A DNA stretch of 64,000 nucleotides from an uncultured Gemmatimonadales bacterium. Lineage in GTDB: Bacteria > Gemmatimonadota > Gemmatimonadetes > Longimicrobiales > Longimicrobiaceae. The DNA is taken from NCBI GenBank assembly GCA_963716255.1, contig OY970303.1:4864001-4928000 (forward strand), given 5' to 3'. The position numbers and the translations under genes were made by a program. The notes below the pieces were generated by a model that did not search any database, was not told the origin of the DNA, and saw only the letters and a list, made by a program, of their open reading frames with translations. Positions 38,593 through 49,610 of this stretch are shown here, piece after piece; position 1 is the first letter of the stretch, and the number at the start of each line of letters is the position of its first letter.

Positions 38593-39396
38593 TCAACGGG
38601 GCTCCCCGAGCCTGCGGATCTCCGTCCGGAGCGACTCAATCTCCCTGCGCAGCGCCTCGATCGCCTCGGCGCTCGCAACCTCGCTCTGCCCGCTCTCCGC
38701 GTCGCGCCCGACGAAGAACGACGCCAGCGCGGCGGTGATGTAGCCGAGGACAGCCAGCGCGTAGACGGCCAGCAGGAAAGCCAGGATGCGCCCCTCGGCC
38801 GTCCGGGGCCAGTACTCGGAGCCCAGGGATGTCATCAGCATCGCGGTCCACCAGAGCGCGCTCCAGTAGTCGTCGAGCCCCCCGCCGCCCGGCAGGTCCC
38901 GCTCGAACGCATGCATCCCGGCCGCGCCCACCAGGGTGACCAGCCCGGTGAGCACCACGACGTACCCGAGCCCGCGCCGCCCCATGCTCCTGCCGAGCGC
39001 GCGCATCCCCCGGTTCAGGGAGGCGACCACCTTCACGAGCCGGAGCCCGCGCGCGGCGCGGGCCACGCGGACGAGCCGGACCAGGCGCACGACCCGCACG
39101 ATCCGCAGCGCCGGGAGGAAGAGGGCGACCACCGTCAGCCAGTTCCGCCGCAGGTAGGCGAGCCGCCGCGGCGCGAGCACGAGCCGCAGGAGGAAGTCGA
39201 TGACGAAGATCCCCCAGATCGCGGCGCTGAGCCGCTCCAGCCGGGCGTCGAGCCCGCGGGTGAGCTCCACGACCAGCAGCGCCAGCCAGGCGAAGCCGAG
39301 CAGCACCATCGGCATCTCCAGCCACCGCTCCAGCCGGAGGAGCAGGCGCCACCGCTCCCGTTCGAGCCGCCGGCCATTCGGGGCGCCTTCGCTCAC
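38593..39396 (-). CDS. Ion transporter / potassium-channel-like protein
   Basis: S4-like RIVRVVRLVRLVR; pore region ALWWTAMLMTSLGSEYWPRTAEGR (non-canonical filter). Confidence 0.85.
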   Translation of the reverse strand: MSEGAPNGRRLERERWRLLLRLERWLEMPMVLLGFAWLALLVVELTRGLDARLERLSAAIWGIFVIDFLLRLVLAPRRLAYLRRNWLTVVALFLPALRIVRVVRLVRLVRVARAARGLRLVKVVASLNRGMRALGRSMGRRGLGYVVVLTGLVTLVGAAGMHAFERDLPGGGGLDDYWSALWWTAMLMTSLGSEYWPRTAEGRILAFLLAVYALAVLGYITAALASFFVGRDAESGQSEVASAEAIEALRREIESLRTEIRRLGEPR

Positions 39397-39436
39397 GGGG
39401 TTCCTCGCTGCACAGGAGAATCGGTCGCGAGCGGGA

Positions 39437-39949
39437 TCATTCGGGCGGTGCCCCCAGGTCCTGGAGGCTCCCCCGCTCGCCATCTCCGCCGCGAACCACG
39501 CTGAAGGTGCCGTCCGTCTCCAGGACCACCGCCGTCACGTCGTCGAGCGAAGCAATTCCCGCCGCTCGGAGCGCGGCCCGGACTTCCTCGCGGGCCACCC
39601 GCTCGCGCCGGAGCGCCCCGTCGAGGTAGCGGCCCTGGAAGAAGAGGAGAGCCGGCTCGCTCTTCACCAGCTCCTGCACCCTTGCCGACCTCACGGACAG
39701 CCAGGCGACCGCGAACTGGAGGCCGATCAGCGTGGCGAAGGCGAGCACGCCCTCGGCCAGGGCGACGTCCCTGGACAGCAGAACGGTGGCCAGCGTGGAG
39801 CCCAGAGCGACCGTCACCACCAGGTCGAACGCGTTCATCTGGGTGAGCGTCCGCTTCCCCGAGACGCGGAGCATGACCACCAGCGCCGCGTAGGCGAGCG
39901 TGCCCACGACGGCGACGCGCAGGAGTCCCTGCCAGGAACTGAAGAACAT
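39437..39949 (-). CDS. DUF421 (YetF-like) membrane protein
   Basis: RVSGKRTLTQMNAFDLVVTVALGS, VLETDGTFSV. Confidence 0.9.
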   Translation of the reverse strand: MFFSSWQGLLRVAVVGTLAYAALVVMLRVSGKRTLTQMNAFDLVVTVALGSTLATVLLSRDVALAEGVLAFATLIGLQFAVAWLSVRSARVQELVKSEPALLFFQGRYLDGALRRERVAREEVRAALRAAGIASLDDVTAVVLETDGTFSVVRGGDGERGSLQDLGAPPE

Positions 39950-39961
39950 CGCGGTGATTCC

Positions 39962-40822
39962 TCAGGAGGGTTGCCACCCAGAGCGCAGGTGGAGGTCGCG
40001 CTGCGGGAAGGGGATCTCGATGCCCTGCTCGCGGAACGCGCGGTCCACCGCGAAGCGCAGCTCGCTGGCGGCCGGCACCTCGTCGCGTGGGTCGGCCAGC
40101 CAGACCAGGAGCTGGAAGTCCAGCGACGACTCGCCGAAGGCGCGGAACACCACCTGGGGCGCAGGATCGCGCAGCACGTCCGGGCTCGCCTCCGCCACCG
40201 CCAGCAGCGTCCGGCGAACCAGATCCGTGTCGGATCCGTAGGACACGCCCAGCTCCACCCGGACGCGCACGCGCCGGTCGGCGAACGTCTCGTTGGTGAC
40301 CGGCTCGGTGATGAACTGCCCGTTCGGGACGATGATGTCGACGTTGTTGGGCGTGGTGACCACCGTCGCCCTCGCGCGGATGTCGCGGACGGTCCCGCGC
40401 ACGTCGCCCACCTGCACGAAGTCCCCCTTCTTCACCGGCCGCTCCAGCAGCAGGATGAGGCCGCTGACGAAGTTCTGGGCGATGTTCTGCAGGCCGAACC
40501 CGATGCCGACCGCCAGGACCGCGCCGAGCCCCGCCAGGGCGGTGACGGAGACGCCCAGGTTGTCCAGCGCCAGGAACGAGCCCAGCGCCACCACCGCGTA
40601 GTGCAGCAGCCGGTCGAGGGCGTGCTGCACCCCCTCGTCCACGCCGCGCCGCCGGTAGACGCGCTGCAGCGAGCGGCGCAGCGTCCACGACACGCCGAGC
40701 GCGATCAGGACGAACACCACGAAGCTCACCACCGACGCCACCGTGACGGTCGTCCCTCCCAGCACGAAGAGCGGCTCGTCGAAGCGGGCGCGGATGGGGT
40801 CCAGGTCCAGGCTGTTCTGCAT
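39962..40822 (-). CDS. Small-conductance mechanosensitive channel (MscS family)
   Basis: GIGFGLQNIAQNFVSGLILLLERPVKKGD, IEIPFPQRDLHL. Confidence 0.93.
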   Translation of the reverse strand: MQNSLDLDPIRARFDEPLFVLGGTTVTVASVVSFVVFVLIALGVSWTLRRSLQRVYRRRGVDEGVQHALDRLLHYAVVALGSFLALDNLGVSVTALAGLGAVLAVGIGFGLQNIAQNFVSGLILLLERPVKKGDFVQVGDVRGTVRDIRARATVVTTPNNVDIIVPNGQFITEPVTNETFADRRVRVRVELGVSYGSDTDLVRRTLLAVAEASPDVLRDPAPQVVFRAFGESSLDFQLLVWLADPRDEVPAASELRFAVDRAFREQGIEIPFPQRDLHLRSGWQPS

Positions 40823-41817
40823 CAGTCGGTCGGGTCTGGAGTGGTTGGACGGACGCGGAGCGGCGGGAGGCGCACGACCTCGAGCGTCTCCGAGGCCACG
40901 CCGATCCCGGCCGCGTCCAGCCCCTGGAGGATCTCCCGGGTCATGGCGTCCTTGACCTCGCGGATCCCGTGGTCGGGGACGACGAACCGCACCGTCATCT
41001 CCAGCCAGTCGTCGGTCAGGCGGCAGTACACCCGCGGCTTCGTGTCCGTGGGGCTCAGGGCGTAGCGGCGCTGCATCTCCTGGAGCACCTCCTGGCTCAC
41101 CTCGCCGATCGGCACGGTGTGGCGCTCCGCGGCCTCCAGCAGGATGCGCTCGGCCCGCGCGCGGTCGGCGGCGTAGGGGACGGGCAGCGCCATCTCCTCC
41201 CACAGGTACGGGAGCTCCCGGCTGTAGTTGTAGACCGGCTCGTCGAAGATGCGCGCGTTGCTCACGGTGACGACCCGGCCGGTGTACTGGCGGCTCCGGA
41301 CCCACATCGCCGGGTCGGCCTCCTGCACGGCGGGCGGCTGGCCCATCTCCATGATGGTGGTCTGGAGGAAGCCCAGGGCGATCACGTCGCCGCGGACCCC
41401 GCCCATGGAGATGCGGTCGCCGACGTTGAACGTCTGCCCGCGCAGGATGACGAAGTAGCCGGCGAGCGCGGTGATGACCTTGCGGAGCGCGAAGGCGAGG
41501 CCGGCCGTCACCAGGCCCAGCGCCGTCGCCAGCCGGGTGGGGTCGTCGAACCAGATCGAGACGAAGCCGAGCACCAGCACGACCGCGGTGCCCAGGTTCA
41601 CGGCCTGGCGGAACCAGAAGGCGACCCGCCGGTCCCGGCGGCCGCGCAGGATCCAGCTCCCCAGCCCGCGCACCACGCGCGCGAGCAGGATGGTCGCGGC
41701 GACGAACGCCAGCGTGAGCAGGAGCTTGGTGCCGTTCTCCGCGTTCACCCCGACGAGCCGGACCCCGAAGATCTCCACGGCCCGGTTCGGTCCGACCAGC
41801 CTGACGAATTCCTCCAA
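40822..41817 (-). CDS. MscS-family mechanosensitive channel protein
   Basis: GLAFAL...FNVGDRISMGGVRGDVI, TGRVVTVSN, PVYNYS. Confidence 0.88.
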   Translation of the reverse strand: MEEFVRLVGPNRAVEIFGVRLVGVNAENGTKLLLTLAFVAATILLARVVRGLGSWILRGRRDRRVAFWFRQAVNLGTAVVLVLGFVSIWFDDPTRLATALGLVTAGLAFALRKVITALAGYFVILRGQTFNVGDRISMGGVRGDVIALGFLQTTIMEMGQPPAVQEADPAMWVRSRQYTGRVVTVSNARIFDEPVYNYSRELPYLWEEMALPVPYAADRARAERILLEAAERHTVPIGEVSQEVLQEMQRRYALSPTDTKPRVYCRLTDDWLEMTVRFVVPDHGIREVKDAMTREILQGLDAAGIGVASETLEVVRLPPLRVRPTTPDPTD

Positions 41818-41862
41818 GCTGCCACCTCCTGCGTCGTCGTGCCTGCGTCCGCGCGGGACTTC

Positions 41863-43182
41863 CTATCTCCGGTGTGCGGGACCGCCGCCCGCACGCAGCG
41901 CTTCCTCCACCGCTCGGTGGCTCTCCGCCGCCGCCGCGCGGTCGGCGACATGCTCCAGGTGCCGCCCGGCCGTGGCGAGCACGCGGGCCGCGTGGTCGCG
42001 CACGATCTCGCGGCGGTCCTCTCCGCGGGCGTGCCGGGCGATGCGCGCCAGCGCGTCCAGCAGGCGGAGGAGGACCGCCTGGCTCCCGCCCGCGTACTGC
42101 CGGATGGGGGAGAACGCCGCCTCGACCAGGCGCTCGAAGCCGGCGGGATCCGCCAGCACCCGTGGCACGCCCTCCCCGTCCCGGTGAACGCCGGGCGCGT
42201 CCGGCCGCTCCGCCACCCGCGCGAGCGCCGCGCCGAGGCGGTCCACGCACGCCGCCGCGGTGAACGGGTCGTTGATGCCGGGGGAGAGGGCGCGCACCGC
42301 CACGTCCACGAGCTGCTGCACGGAGAATTCCACGTCCTGCGACGGCGTGCGGCTCGATCCCAGCACGAACGCGCCGCGAACCTCGTCGCCCAGCTCCGCC
42401 GCGGCGGCGGGCAGGTGGACCCACGCCAGCGGGTCGCCGCGGGCGACGAAAGTCCCGATGCGAGGGTCCAGGCGAAGGGTCGCCGAACGGTCGCGGGCGG
42501 CCTCGGCGAGGCGGTCGTAGTCGATCGCCTGCACGTATCCGTCGCGGTATGCCGCGACGCTGGCCGACGGTGCCGGCATGGACCCCGCGGGAGCGGCGTC
42601 TTCCGCCACCTCGGGGAAGAGCCGGTCCACCCCGGCGTCCAGGTCCTCGGCGAGGGCGGCGATCACGGAGGTGACCTGGATGGAGACCGCGGCGTGGTGG
42701 ACGAAGTAGATCAGCACGCCCACCCCCACCACGGCCATCCCCACCCCCAGGGTGACGGCCAGGTGCGGCACGAAGCGGCCCGCCTCCTCGCCCCCACGCA
42801 CGGTGCGCAGCACCAGCAGGCAGTACAGGAAGATGCCCGCGAACGCCCCCAGGACGACCTGGTTCCCGGCGTCGCGCATGAAGCTCCCCAGCACCCGCGG
42901 CCCGAACTGCGACGCCGCGAGCGAGAGCGCCACCACCAGCACCGAGAAGGTGACGCCCGCCACGGTGATCATGGACCCCGCGATGGTGGAGAGCACCCCG
43001 CGCGCGCCCTCCGGCCCGCCCGTGTAGATCCACCCCAGGCTCTCCACCGCCTCCGACCCGACCCTGCCGTCCAGCGCCACCATCCCGAGCGCCAGCGCCG
43101 CCGCGCCGAGCGCCATCAGCGCGGGAACGAACCAGTAGCTCGACCGCAGCGCCTCCCACCCGTGGGTCAGCCGTGCCTTCAA
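41863..43182 (-). CDS. DUF2254 family membrane protein
   Basis: SYWFVP, IAGSMITV, ASQFGPRVL, RALSPGINDPFTA. TTG start after AGGAGG (ATG at 43200 is an alternative). Confidence 0.88.
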   Translation of the reverse strand: MKARLTHGWEALRSSYWFVPALMALGAAALALGMVALDGRVGSEAVESLGWIYTGGPEGARGVLSTIAGSMITVAGVTFSVLVVALSLAASQFGPRVLGSFMRDAGNQVVLGAFAGIFLYCLLVLRTVRGGEEAGRFVPHLAVTLGVGMAVVGVGVLIYFVHHAAVSIQVTSVIAALAEDLDAGVDRLFPEVAEDAAPAGSMPAPSASVAAYRDGYVQAIDYDRLAEAARDRSATLRLDPRIGTFVARGDPLAWVHLPAAAAELGDEVRGAFVLGSSRTPSQDVEFSVQQLVDVAVRALSPGINDPFTAAACVDRLGAALARVAERPDAPGVHRDGEGVPRVLADPAGFERLVEAAFSPIRQYAGGSQAVLLRLLDALARIARHARGEDRREIVRDHAARVLATAGRHLEHVADRAAAAESHRAVEEALRAGGGPAHRR

Positions 43183-43322
43183 CGCCCATCCTCCTGGCAT
43201 CGGTTTCGCGGCCCTACCGGCCGCGCTCGCGATCCTGCTCGTCCCCGAAGGTCGGGAGCGGGCCGCCTCCCCCCGGTGGCACCGCAGCCCGTCCCCCTTC
43301 GCCCCGAACCGGCACCTCCGCC

Positions 43323-44297
43323 ATGATTCCCCAGCATCTGCGCACCCTCGTCGCGGGGGTCGCCGACCCCGGCTCCGCGGCCGATCCGGCGCTCGTGCGC
43401 GCCTCCCGCATCGCGGACCGGACCGGGGCCGACCTTCACGTCGTCCACGTCTTCGAGGAGGAACCCCTGTTCGGGTACGCCGCCATGCCGTCGCTCGACC
43501 CCACGGGCACCGCTCCACTCCCGGACCCCGAGGGTCAGGAGGCGCTTCGCGAGCGGCTGCTGGAGCGGCTGCGCGCCACGGTCGCGCGGGTGCGGCCGGA
43601 GGGATCCACCACCTGCCGCGTGGTGGCGGGGTCCCCCGCCGAATCGCTCTGCTGGGTGGGCGAGGAGGTCGGCGCCGACCTGCTGGTCGTGGGCGCATCG
43701 CACCATGGCACGCTGGGCCAGCGGTTCCTCGGCACCACGGCCGGGCGCGTCCTGCGACAGGCCGTGGTCCCCGTGCTGGTGGTGCCGGACGCGCGCCGGC
43801 CGCTGCCCGGGGCCCGGGTGCTCCTCGCCGCCGACCTGTCGGAGGCCAGCGCCAGGGCGTACGAGGCCGGGCTGCGGGTCGCCGTGGACCTGTGCGCCGG
43901 CGACACGGCGGCCCTGCGCTGCGTGCTGGTGGTGCGTGCGGGTCCCGCGATGGTCCCGCCGCTCCCCGTCGGAGTCCCGCACCACGTGCCCGAAGCCGGC
44001 GGGCCGCTCGCGGAGTCGGCCACGCCCCGGCTGCGTGACTTCGTCGCCGCGCACACGCCGCACGGGCTGGCGGTGGAGGACACGGTCCGCGTGGGCGACC
44101 CGGCCGGGGAGATCGTGGCGGAGGCCGCCGCGTGGCGGGCCGACCTGGTGGTGCTCGGCACCCACGGGCGCTCGGGGCTGCACCGGCTGCTGCTGGGCAG
44201 CGTCGCCGAGGCGGTGCTGCGCGGATCGCCATGCGACGCCCTGGTGGTTCCCAGCGCGGCGACGGACGACGCCCCCTCGTCCGCCGCCCGGACGTAG
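43323..44297 (+). CDS. Tandem-domain universal stress protein
   Basis: Two USP domains: ADLLVVGA...FLGTTAGRVLR and ADLVVLGTHGRSG...LLGSVAEAVLR. Confidence 0.92.
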   Translation: MIPQHLRTLVAGVADPGSAADPALVRASRIADRTGADLHVVHVFEEEPLFGYAAMPSLDPTGTAPLPDPEGQEALRERLLERLRATVARVRPEGSTTCRVVAGSPAESLCWVGEEVGADLLVVGASHHGTLGQRFLGTTAGRVLRQAVVPVLVVPDARRPLPGARVLLAADLSEASARAYEAGLRVAVDLCAGDTAALRCVLVVRAGPAMVPPLPVGVPHHVPEAGGPLAESATPRLRDFVAAHTPHGLAVEDTVRVGDPAGEIVAEAAAWRADLVVLGTHGRSGLHRLLLGSVAEAVLRGSPCDALVVPSAATDDAPSSAART

Positions 44298-44323
44298 CCG
44301 CCCGCTGGTCCTCCGACGGGGCA

Positions 44324-45796
44324 TCACGGGTCTCCGGTGCCGATGGTGGCGGATCGCCCCGCGTCCGGCCTGCGGGCGGGGAGCCAGAGGCTGAAGGCCG
44401 CTCCCCCGGTGTCCGCGTCCCCGACGGTGATGTCGCCGCCGAGCGCGAGCGCGATCCGCCGGCTGGTGGCCAGCCCCAGCCCGTGGCCCTGCGCCTGGGC
44501 GTCGTGGAGCCGGTGGAACTCGTCGAAGATCCGCTCGCGCTCGGCCTCGGGGATCCCCGGCCCGGTGTCGCAGACCCGGAACTCGATCCAGCGACCCTCC
44601 CGCGACGCGGGCGAGCCCTCCACGGCCTGCGCTTCCAGCACCACGCGTCCCGGCGGGGGCGTGTACTTGATGGCGTTGGAGACCAGGTTGCCGACGATGC
44701 GCAGCACCCGCGCGTGGTCGGTGAGCGCGGGGAGGGGACCGTCGGGAAGACGGAGCTCGATCTCGTGGCCCGCGGCGCGGGCGGAGCCCCTGTACTGCTC
44801 CTCGGCCTCCCTGACGATCGCTTTGCAGTCCGTGAACTCGTGCACCACCTCCAGCATCCCGGCCTCGGCACGCGTGAAGTCGAGGAGGTCGGCGATCAGC
44901 CCCAGGGCGGTGCCGATGCAGCGGCGCATCCCCCCCACCATCCGGAGCTGTCCGGGCCGCAGCTCCCCCTCGTGTCCCATCTCCAGCAGCTGCCCGTAGC
45001 CGTCGGCCGCGCCCAGAGGATTCTTGAGGTCGTGCGTGACGCCGCGCATCAGCCGCTCCCGAGCGTCGGAGGCGCGCTGCGCCTCCTCCAGCGCCCGTTC
45101 CGCCTCCTCGCCGTGCGCCGCCGCCTCGCGGGCGAGCATCCGCATACGGTGCCCGAACCACCCCACCGCCAGCGCGGCGACCAGGGCCGCCAGTCCCAGG
45201 GCGCGCGTGACCAGGTCCTCCCGCGCCTCGGCCCGGCGGATCTCGGCCCTCCGCTCGCGCGTGACGGAGGTGACGGCACGATCCAGGTCGCGCGCCGCGC
45301 GCAGCGTGCTCTCGTAAAGCTCCAGGTCGCGGCCGAGCAGCTCGCCGCGCGCCGCCGGCTCGCGGCGAAGGACCAGCTGCTCGTCGAGCCGGCCGTGCCA
45401 CTGGTCGGAGGCCGTCCGCAGGCGGTTCAGCGCAGACCGGACCGGCTCCGGGAGCGGACCGGCCAGGGAGTCCAGGGGAGCGTAGGCCGAGCGCTCCAGC
45501 GCCAGCCCCTCGGCGTACAGGCCGGGGTAGCGCGGGTCCGGCGTGAGCAGGGCCCCGCGAAGGGCGGACATCTGCTGCGCCAGCGCGAACTGCACCCTCG
45601 CCACCAGCGTGCGCGCCTCGTCGGCGCGCTCTGCGTCCTCGCGCAGCGGCGCGATGCGGTTCTGGACGGTCAGCGGGGCGACGAACAGCGCGGCGAGCGC
45701 GAGCATGACGAAGCCCAGCGCCAGCCGGCCGACCCAGACCGGGCCGTCGAATCGAAGCAGGCGAGGGCGTGTGCGCTCCACGAGGGGTTTGCTCAA
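44324..45796 (-). CDS. Membrane sensor histidine kinase (paralogue of 28476-29960)
   Basis: THDLKNPLGAADGY, NLVSNAIKY, DTGPGI, GHGLGL; same sensor architecture. Start approximate. Confidence 0.9.
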   Translation of the reverse strand: MSKPLVERTRPRLLRFDGPVWVGRLALGFVMLALAALFVAPLTVQNRIAPLREDAERADEARTLVARVQFALAQQMSALRGALLTPDPRYPGLYAEGLALERSAYAPLDSLAGPLPEPVRSALNRLRTASDQWHGRLDEQLVLRREPAARGELLGRDLELYESTLRAARDLDRAVTSVTRERRAEIRRAEAREDLVTRALGLAALVAALAVGWFGHRMRMLAREAAAHGEEAERALEEAQRASDARERLMRGVTHDLKNPLGAADGYGQLLEMGHEGELRPGQLRMVGGMRRCIGTALGLIADLLDFTRAEAGMLEVVHEFTDCKAIVREAEEQYRGSARAAGHEIELRLPDGPLPALTDHARVLRIVGNLVSNAIKYTPPPGRVVLEAQAVEGSPASREGRWIEFRVCDTGPGIPEAERERIFDEFHRLHDAQAQGHGLGLATSRRIALALGGDITVGDADTGGAAFSLWLPARRPDAGRSATIGTGDP

Positions 45797-45812
45797 GGGG
45801 TGGAAGCCGCGC

Positions 45813-46073
45813 TCATCGTTCCGCGTCGGCGCGCAGCGCAGTTCCCCCGCACGCGGCGCAGGGCGACGCCGCCGATTCCGGCACCGCCTCCGCGAAGTGC
45901 CGCTCGGTGCCGCAGGCTCGGCACCTCCACGTGAACGACAGCTCCTCTGCATCCCGCGCCGCCTCCCCCCCCGGCGCGGTGCCCACCCGGAGACCGGCGT
46001 GCCGGAGGGTCCTGATCCGGGCGGTCCGGCCAGCGTGACCTGGATCGGCGGGCGGCAGCTCGGTCTCTTTCAT
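45813..46073 (-). CDS. Small zinc-ribbon protein (86 aa)
   Basis: WRCRACG...SPCAACGG (two CxxC); ATG preceded by GGAG; co-oriented immediately upstream of the kinase. Confidence 0.5.
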   Translation of the reverse strand: MKETELPPADPGHAGRTARIRTLRHAGLRVGTAPGGEAARDAEELSFTWRCRACGTERHFAEAVPESAASPCAACGGTALRADAER

Positions 46074-46366
46074 GAAAGCCAGCTCCGTCTGAAGGGGACC
46101 TACAAGCCGTGCAAATCGCGTTCCTTGATACATATTTTGTATCAGCATCAACTCTCCACGATTCAGCAGGATTTCTGGCCCGTGTCCCTGCAACCCCCGA
46201 CCATATGCCCCGTATGCCCCCCACTCCCGGTCCATGGGGAGGTGCCGGCGGATATTGCACCGGGTAAGGCGTCCTGCTACATATCCAGTATCACACCCTC
46301 GCGAGGCTGTCGGTTCGCCGGGGCGGACTTGCGGGGCTCCCGCCGCACGCCTTTCCCACTGCCGAG

Positions 46367-47308
46367 ATGCCGACCGACGCAGCGCTGGTAGACCGTATCC
46401 GGAGCCGTATCGTCGGCGAGCTCCACCTGGGCCACCTGCGCGCGGGAGACCGGCTCCCGCCGGTCCGCGAGCTCGCGCGCGAGCTGGGCACGGACCACCG
46501 GGCCGTCGCCCGCGCGTACCACGCGCTTGAGGCCGAGCGGCTGCTGGAGGTGCGGGGACGCGCCGGCGTGTACCTGGCGCGGCAGGAGCGGATCGGCGGG
46601 GGCGTGGTGGAGGAGACGGCGGCGTGGCTCGCGGGAGTGCTGGCGGAGGCGCACAAGCGGCGGATCGCCATCCCGCACCTGCCCGAGTTCATCCGCCGCT
46701 GCACGGCCAGCGTCCGGCCGCGCTGCGCGTGCGTGGAATCCAACCTGGACTCCGGCGACGCGCTCTGCCGGGAACTGGGCGACGAGTGCGGAATGGACAC
46801 TGTCCCGGTGTGGGTCGACGACCTCCCGCGGGTCGCGACGGGAAAGAAGCTGGACCCGGCCACACTCCCGGGGGACCTGCGCGACGCGGACCTGGTGGTC
46901 ACCACGCCGTTCCACGCGCGCGAGGCTGCGCTGCTGGCGGAGGCGCTGGGGAAGCCGTCGGTGGTCGTCACCGTCCACCCGGAGATGGCGGGGATCATCG
47001 AGCGGCGGGTGAGGGTGGAGGGGCTCACCGCGATCGTGGCGGACCCACGCTACGGGGAGCGCTTCCGCGCCCTCTACAGGCCGGCCGACGGGGCGGGCGG
47101 CCTCCGAGTGGTGCTGGCCGACGACGCCCCGACCATCGCCATGCTGGACCGGTTCGAGCCGGTACTGGTGACCCGGGCGGCGCGCCGGCTGCTTCCCGAC
47201 CTCGAACTCCCGCTCCTGCTCCCGCGCTATCCCTCCATCTCCCCCGAGTCCACCCGTGCGCTGGCGGAGCACCTCATCCGGCGGAACCTGGAGCGCGCGA
47301 CCCCCTGA
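46367..47308 (+). CDS. GntR-family transcriptional regulator with long C-terminal domain
   Basis: GDRLPPVRELARELG...VARAYHALEAE...RGRAGVY wHTH. Confidence 0.88.
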   Translation: MPTDAALVDRIRSRIVGELHLGHLRAGDRLPPVRELARELGTDHRAVARAYHALEAERLLEVRGRAGVYLARQERIGGGVVEETAAWLAGVLAEAHKRRIAIPHLPEFIRRCTASVRPRCACVESNLDSGDALCRELGDECGMDTVPVWVDDLPRVATGKKLDPATLPGDLRDADLVVTTPFHAREAALLAEALGKPSVVVTVHPEMAGIIERRVRVEGLTAIVADPRYGERFRALYRPADGAGGLRVVLADDAPTIAMLDRFEPVLVTRAARRLLPDLELPLLLPRYPSISPESTRALAEHLIRRNLERATP

Positions 47309-47373
47309 ACCGAGGAAAGGCGTGAGTCGCGGGCGGGGATTCCAGGTGCGGCTCGACGTACGTGCGCGGGCAG

Positions 47374-47422
47374 CAGAGTACCGCCACGTTCTCCCGGACC
47401 GGGTGTAGACGGGGCCCCGGGG
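47374..47422 (+). promoter_or_regulatory. Conserved leader motif upstream of the Ca2+/Na+ antiporter (shared with nhaA leader)
   Basis: CAGAGTACCGCCAC-N14-GGTGTAGACG-GGGC-CCCGGGG. Confidence 0.6.
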
Positions 47423-47489
47423 CGAAAATCGCGGGACCCGGGACGACCCCGGACGGGGTGTTCACCTTCCACGACGTGAAACGGAGCCG

Positions 47490-48449
<960 letters not shown>

Positions 48450-48646
48450 GCTGCTTCTTCATGCCCGACGCCAACGCAGCCACCGGGAGACCGAAGCGAT
48501 GAAATCGGTACCCGCAGCGCTCCGGACCCCCGGCGGCTCCCGCCGGTGTTCCGGGGAGTGCCGCGACCCTGGCACCGGCTTGCGTATTGCGGGGACACGC
48601 GCCATTCTCCCCGCCCTGTCATCCAGGTCCCGAACTCCGGTGACGT

Positions 48647-49039
48647 TTGGCGAACGAAGCCGACCTGAGGGAAGCGCAGAGGTTCATCGCCGAGTTCATC
48701 CACTCGGCCGAACAGCTCGACGTGCTCCTGCTGCTGCACTCGCACGCCGACCGCGACTTCACGGCGGCCGAGGTCAGTCAGCGCGTGTACACGGTTCCCG
48801 CTTCGGCCACGCTGCGCCTGGAGGAGCTGGTCGCGGTGGGGCTACTGGCGAGCGACCGCGCCCCGGACCCGCGCTACCGCTACGCGCCGGCCTCCCCGCA
48901 CGTGGCGGCGCGCGTGGACACCCTCGCCGCGGCCTACCGCGCGGACCGGGTCGCGGTCATCCGCCTGATCTTCCAGGCCCCGGCGGATCCGGTGCGCAGC
49001 TTCGCGGACGCCTTCCGGCTGAAGCGCCCAGGAGAGTGA
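48647..49039 (+). CDS. Uncharacterised winged-helix-like protein (paralogue A)
   Basis: SAEQLDVLLLL...YRYAP...DPVRSFADAFR; paralogues at 53964 and 57072. Confidence 0.75.
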   Translation: MANEADLREAQRFIAEFIHSAEQLDVLLLLHSHADRDFTAAEVSQRVYTVPASATLRLEELVAVGLLASDRAPDPRYRYAPASPHVAARVDTLAAAYRADRVAVIRLIFQAPADPVRSFADAFRLKRPGE

Positions 49040-49297
49040 ATGGGAACCGTCATCTATGCGCTCTGCGCGCTGACCAGCCTGCTCTGCGCCCTGCTGCTCG
49101 CCCGCGGCTACCGGCGGAGCCGGGTGCGGCTGCTCCTCTGGTCGTCGCTCTGCTTCGCGGGGCTGGCGCTCAACAACGTGCTGCTGTTCATCGACCTGCG
49201 CGTCGTCCCCGACGTGGACCTTTCCGTGTGGCGCTCCCTCCCTGCGCTGGCCGGGCTGCTGGTGCTGGTCTACGGGCTCGTGTGGGACGCGCGATGA
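49040..49297 (+). CDS. DUF5985-like small membrane protein
   Basis: IYALCALTSLLCALLLARGYRRSRVRLLLWSSLCF, three TM helices. Confidence 0.8.
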   Translation: MGTVIYALCALTSLLCALLLARGYRRSRVRLLLWSSLCFAGLALNNVLLFIDLRVVPDVDLSVWRSLPALAGLLVLVYGLVWDAR

Positions 49298-49340
49298 GCG
49301 TGCACACGTGCCGCCGCCCGCGAAGCCGCCGGAGGCCGCG

Positions 49341-49604
49341 ATGATCGCGAGCCTGGTCGCCGGGGCCATCGCCATGGGCTACTTCGTCGCCGGCCTCTTC
49401 TTCCTGAGATTCTGGCGCGACACCCGCGACCGGCTCTTCCTGGCCTTCTGCGTGGCGTTCGGCATGCTGGCCGTGCAGCGCGTCGCGCTGGCGGTCGTGG
49501 CGGACACGCGCGATGCGGCCATCCCGCTCTATGGGCTGCGCCTGCTCGCGTTCCTGGTGATCATCGCCGCGATCCTGGACAAGAACCGGCCCCGACCCGG
49601 CTGA
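49341..49604 (+). CDS. DUF5985-like small membrane protein
   Basis: GLFFLRFWRDTRDRLF...RLLAFLVIIAAILDKN; GGAGG RBS. Confidence 0.8.
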   Translation: MIASLVAGAIAMGYFVAGLFFLRFWRDTRDRLFLAFCVAFGMLAVQRVALAVVADTRDAAIPLYGLRLLAFLVIIAAILDKNRPRPG

Positions 49605-49610
49605 CGCCGC

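Noticed and set aside
48570..48583. sigma54-like TGGCAC...TTGC upstream of wHTH paralogue A
   Set aside because: GG-to-GC spacing is 9 nt rather than the required 10.
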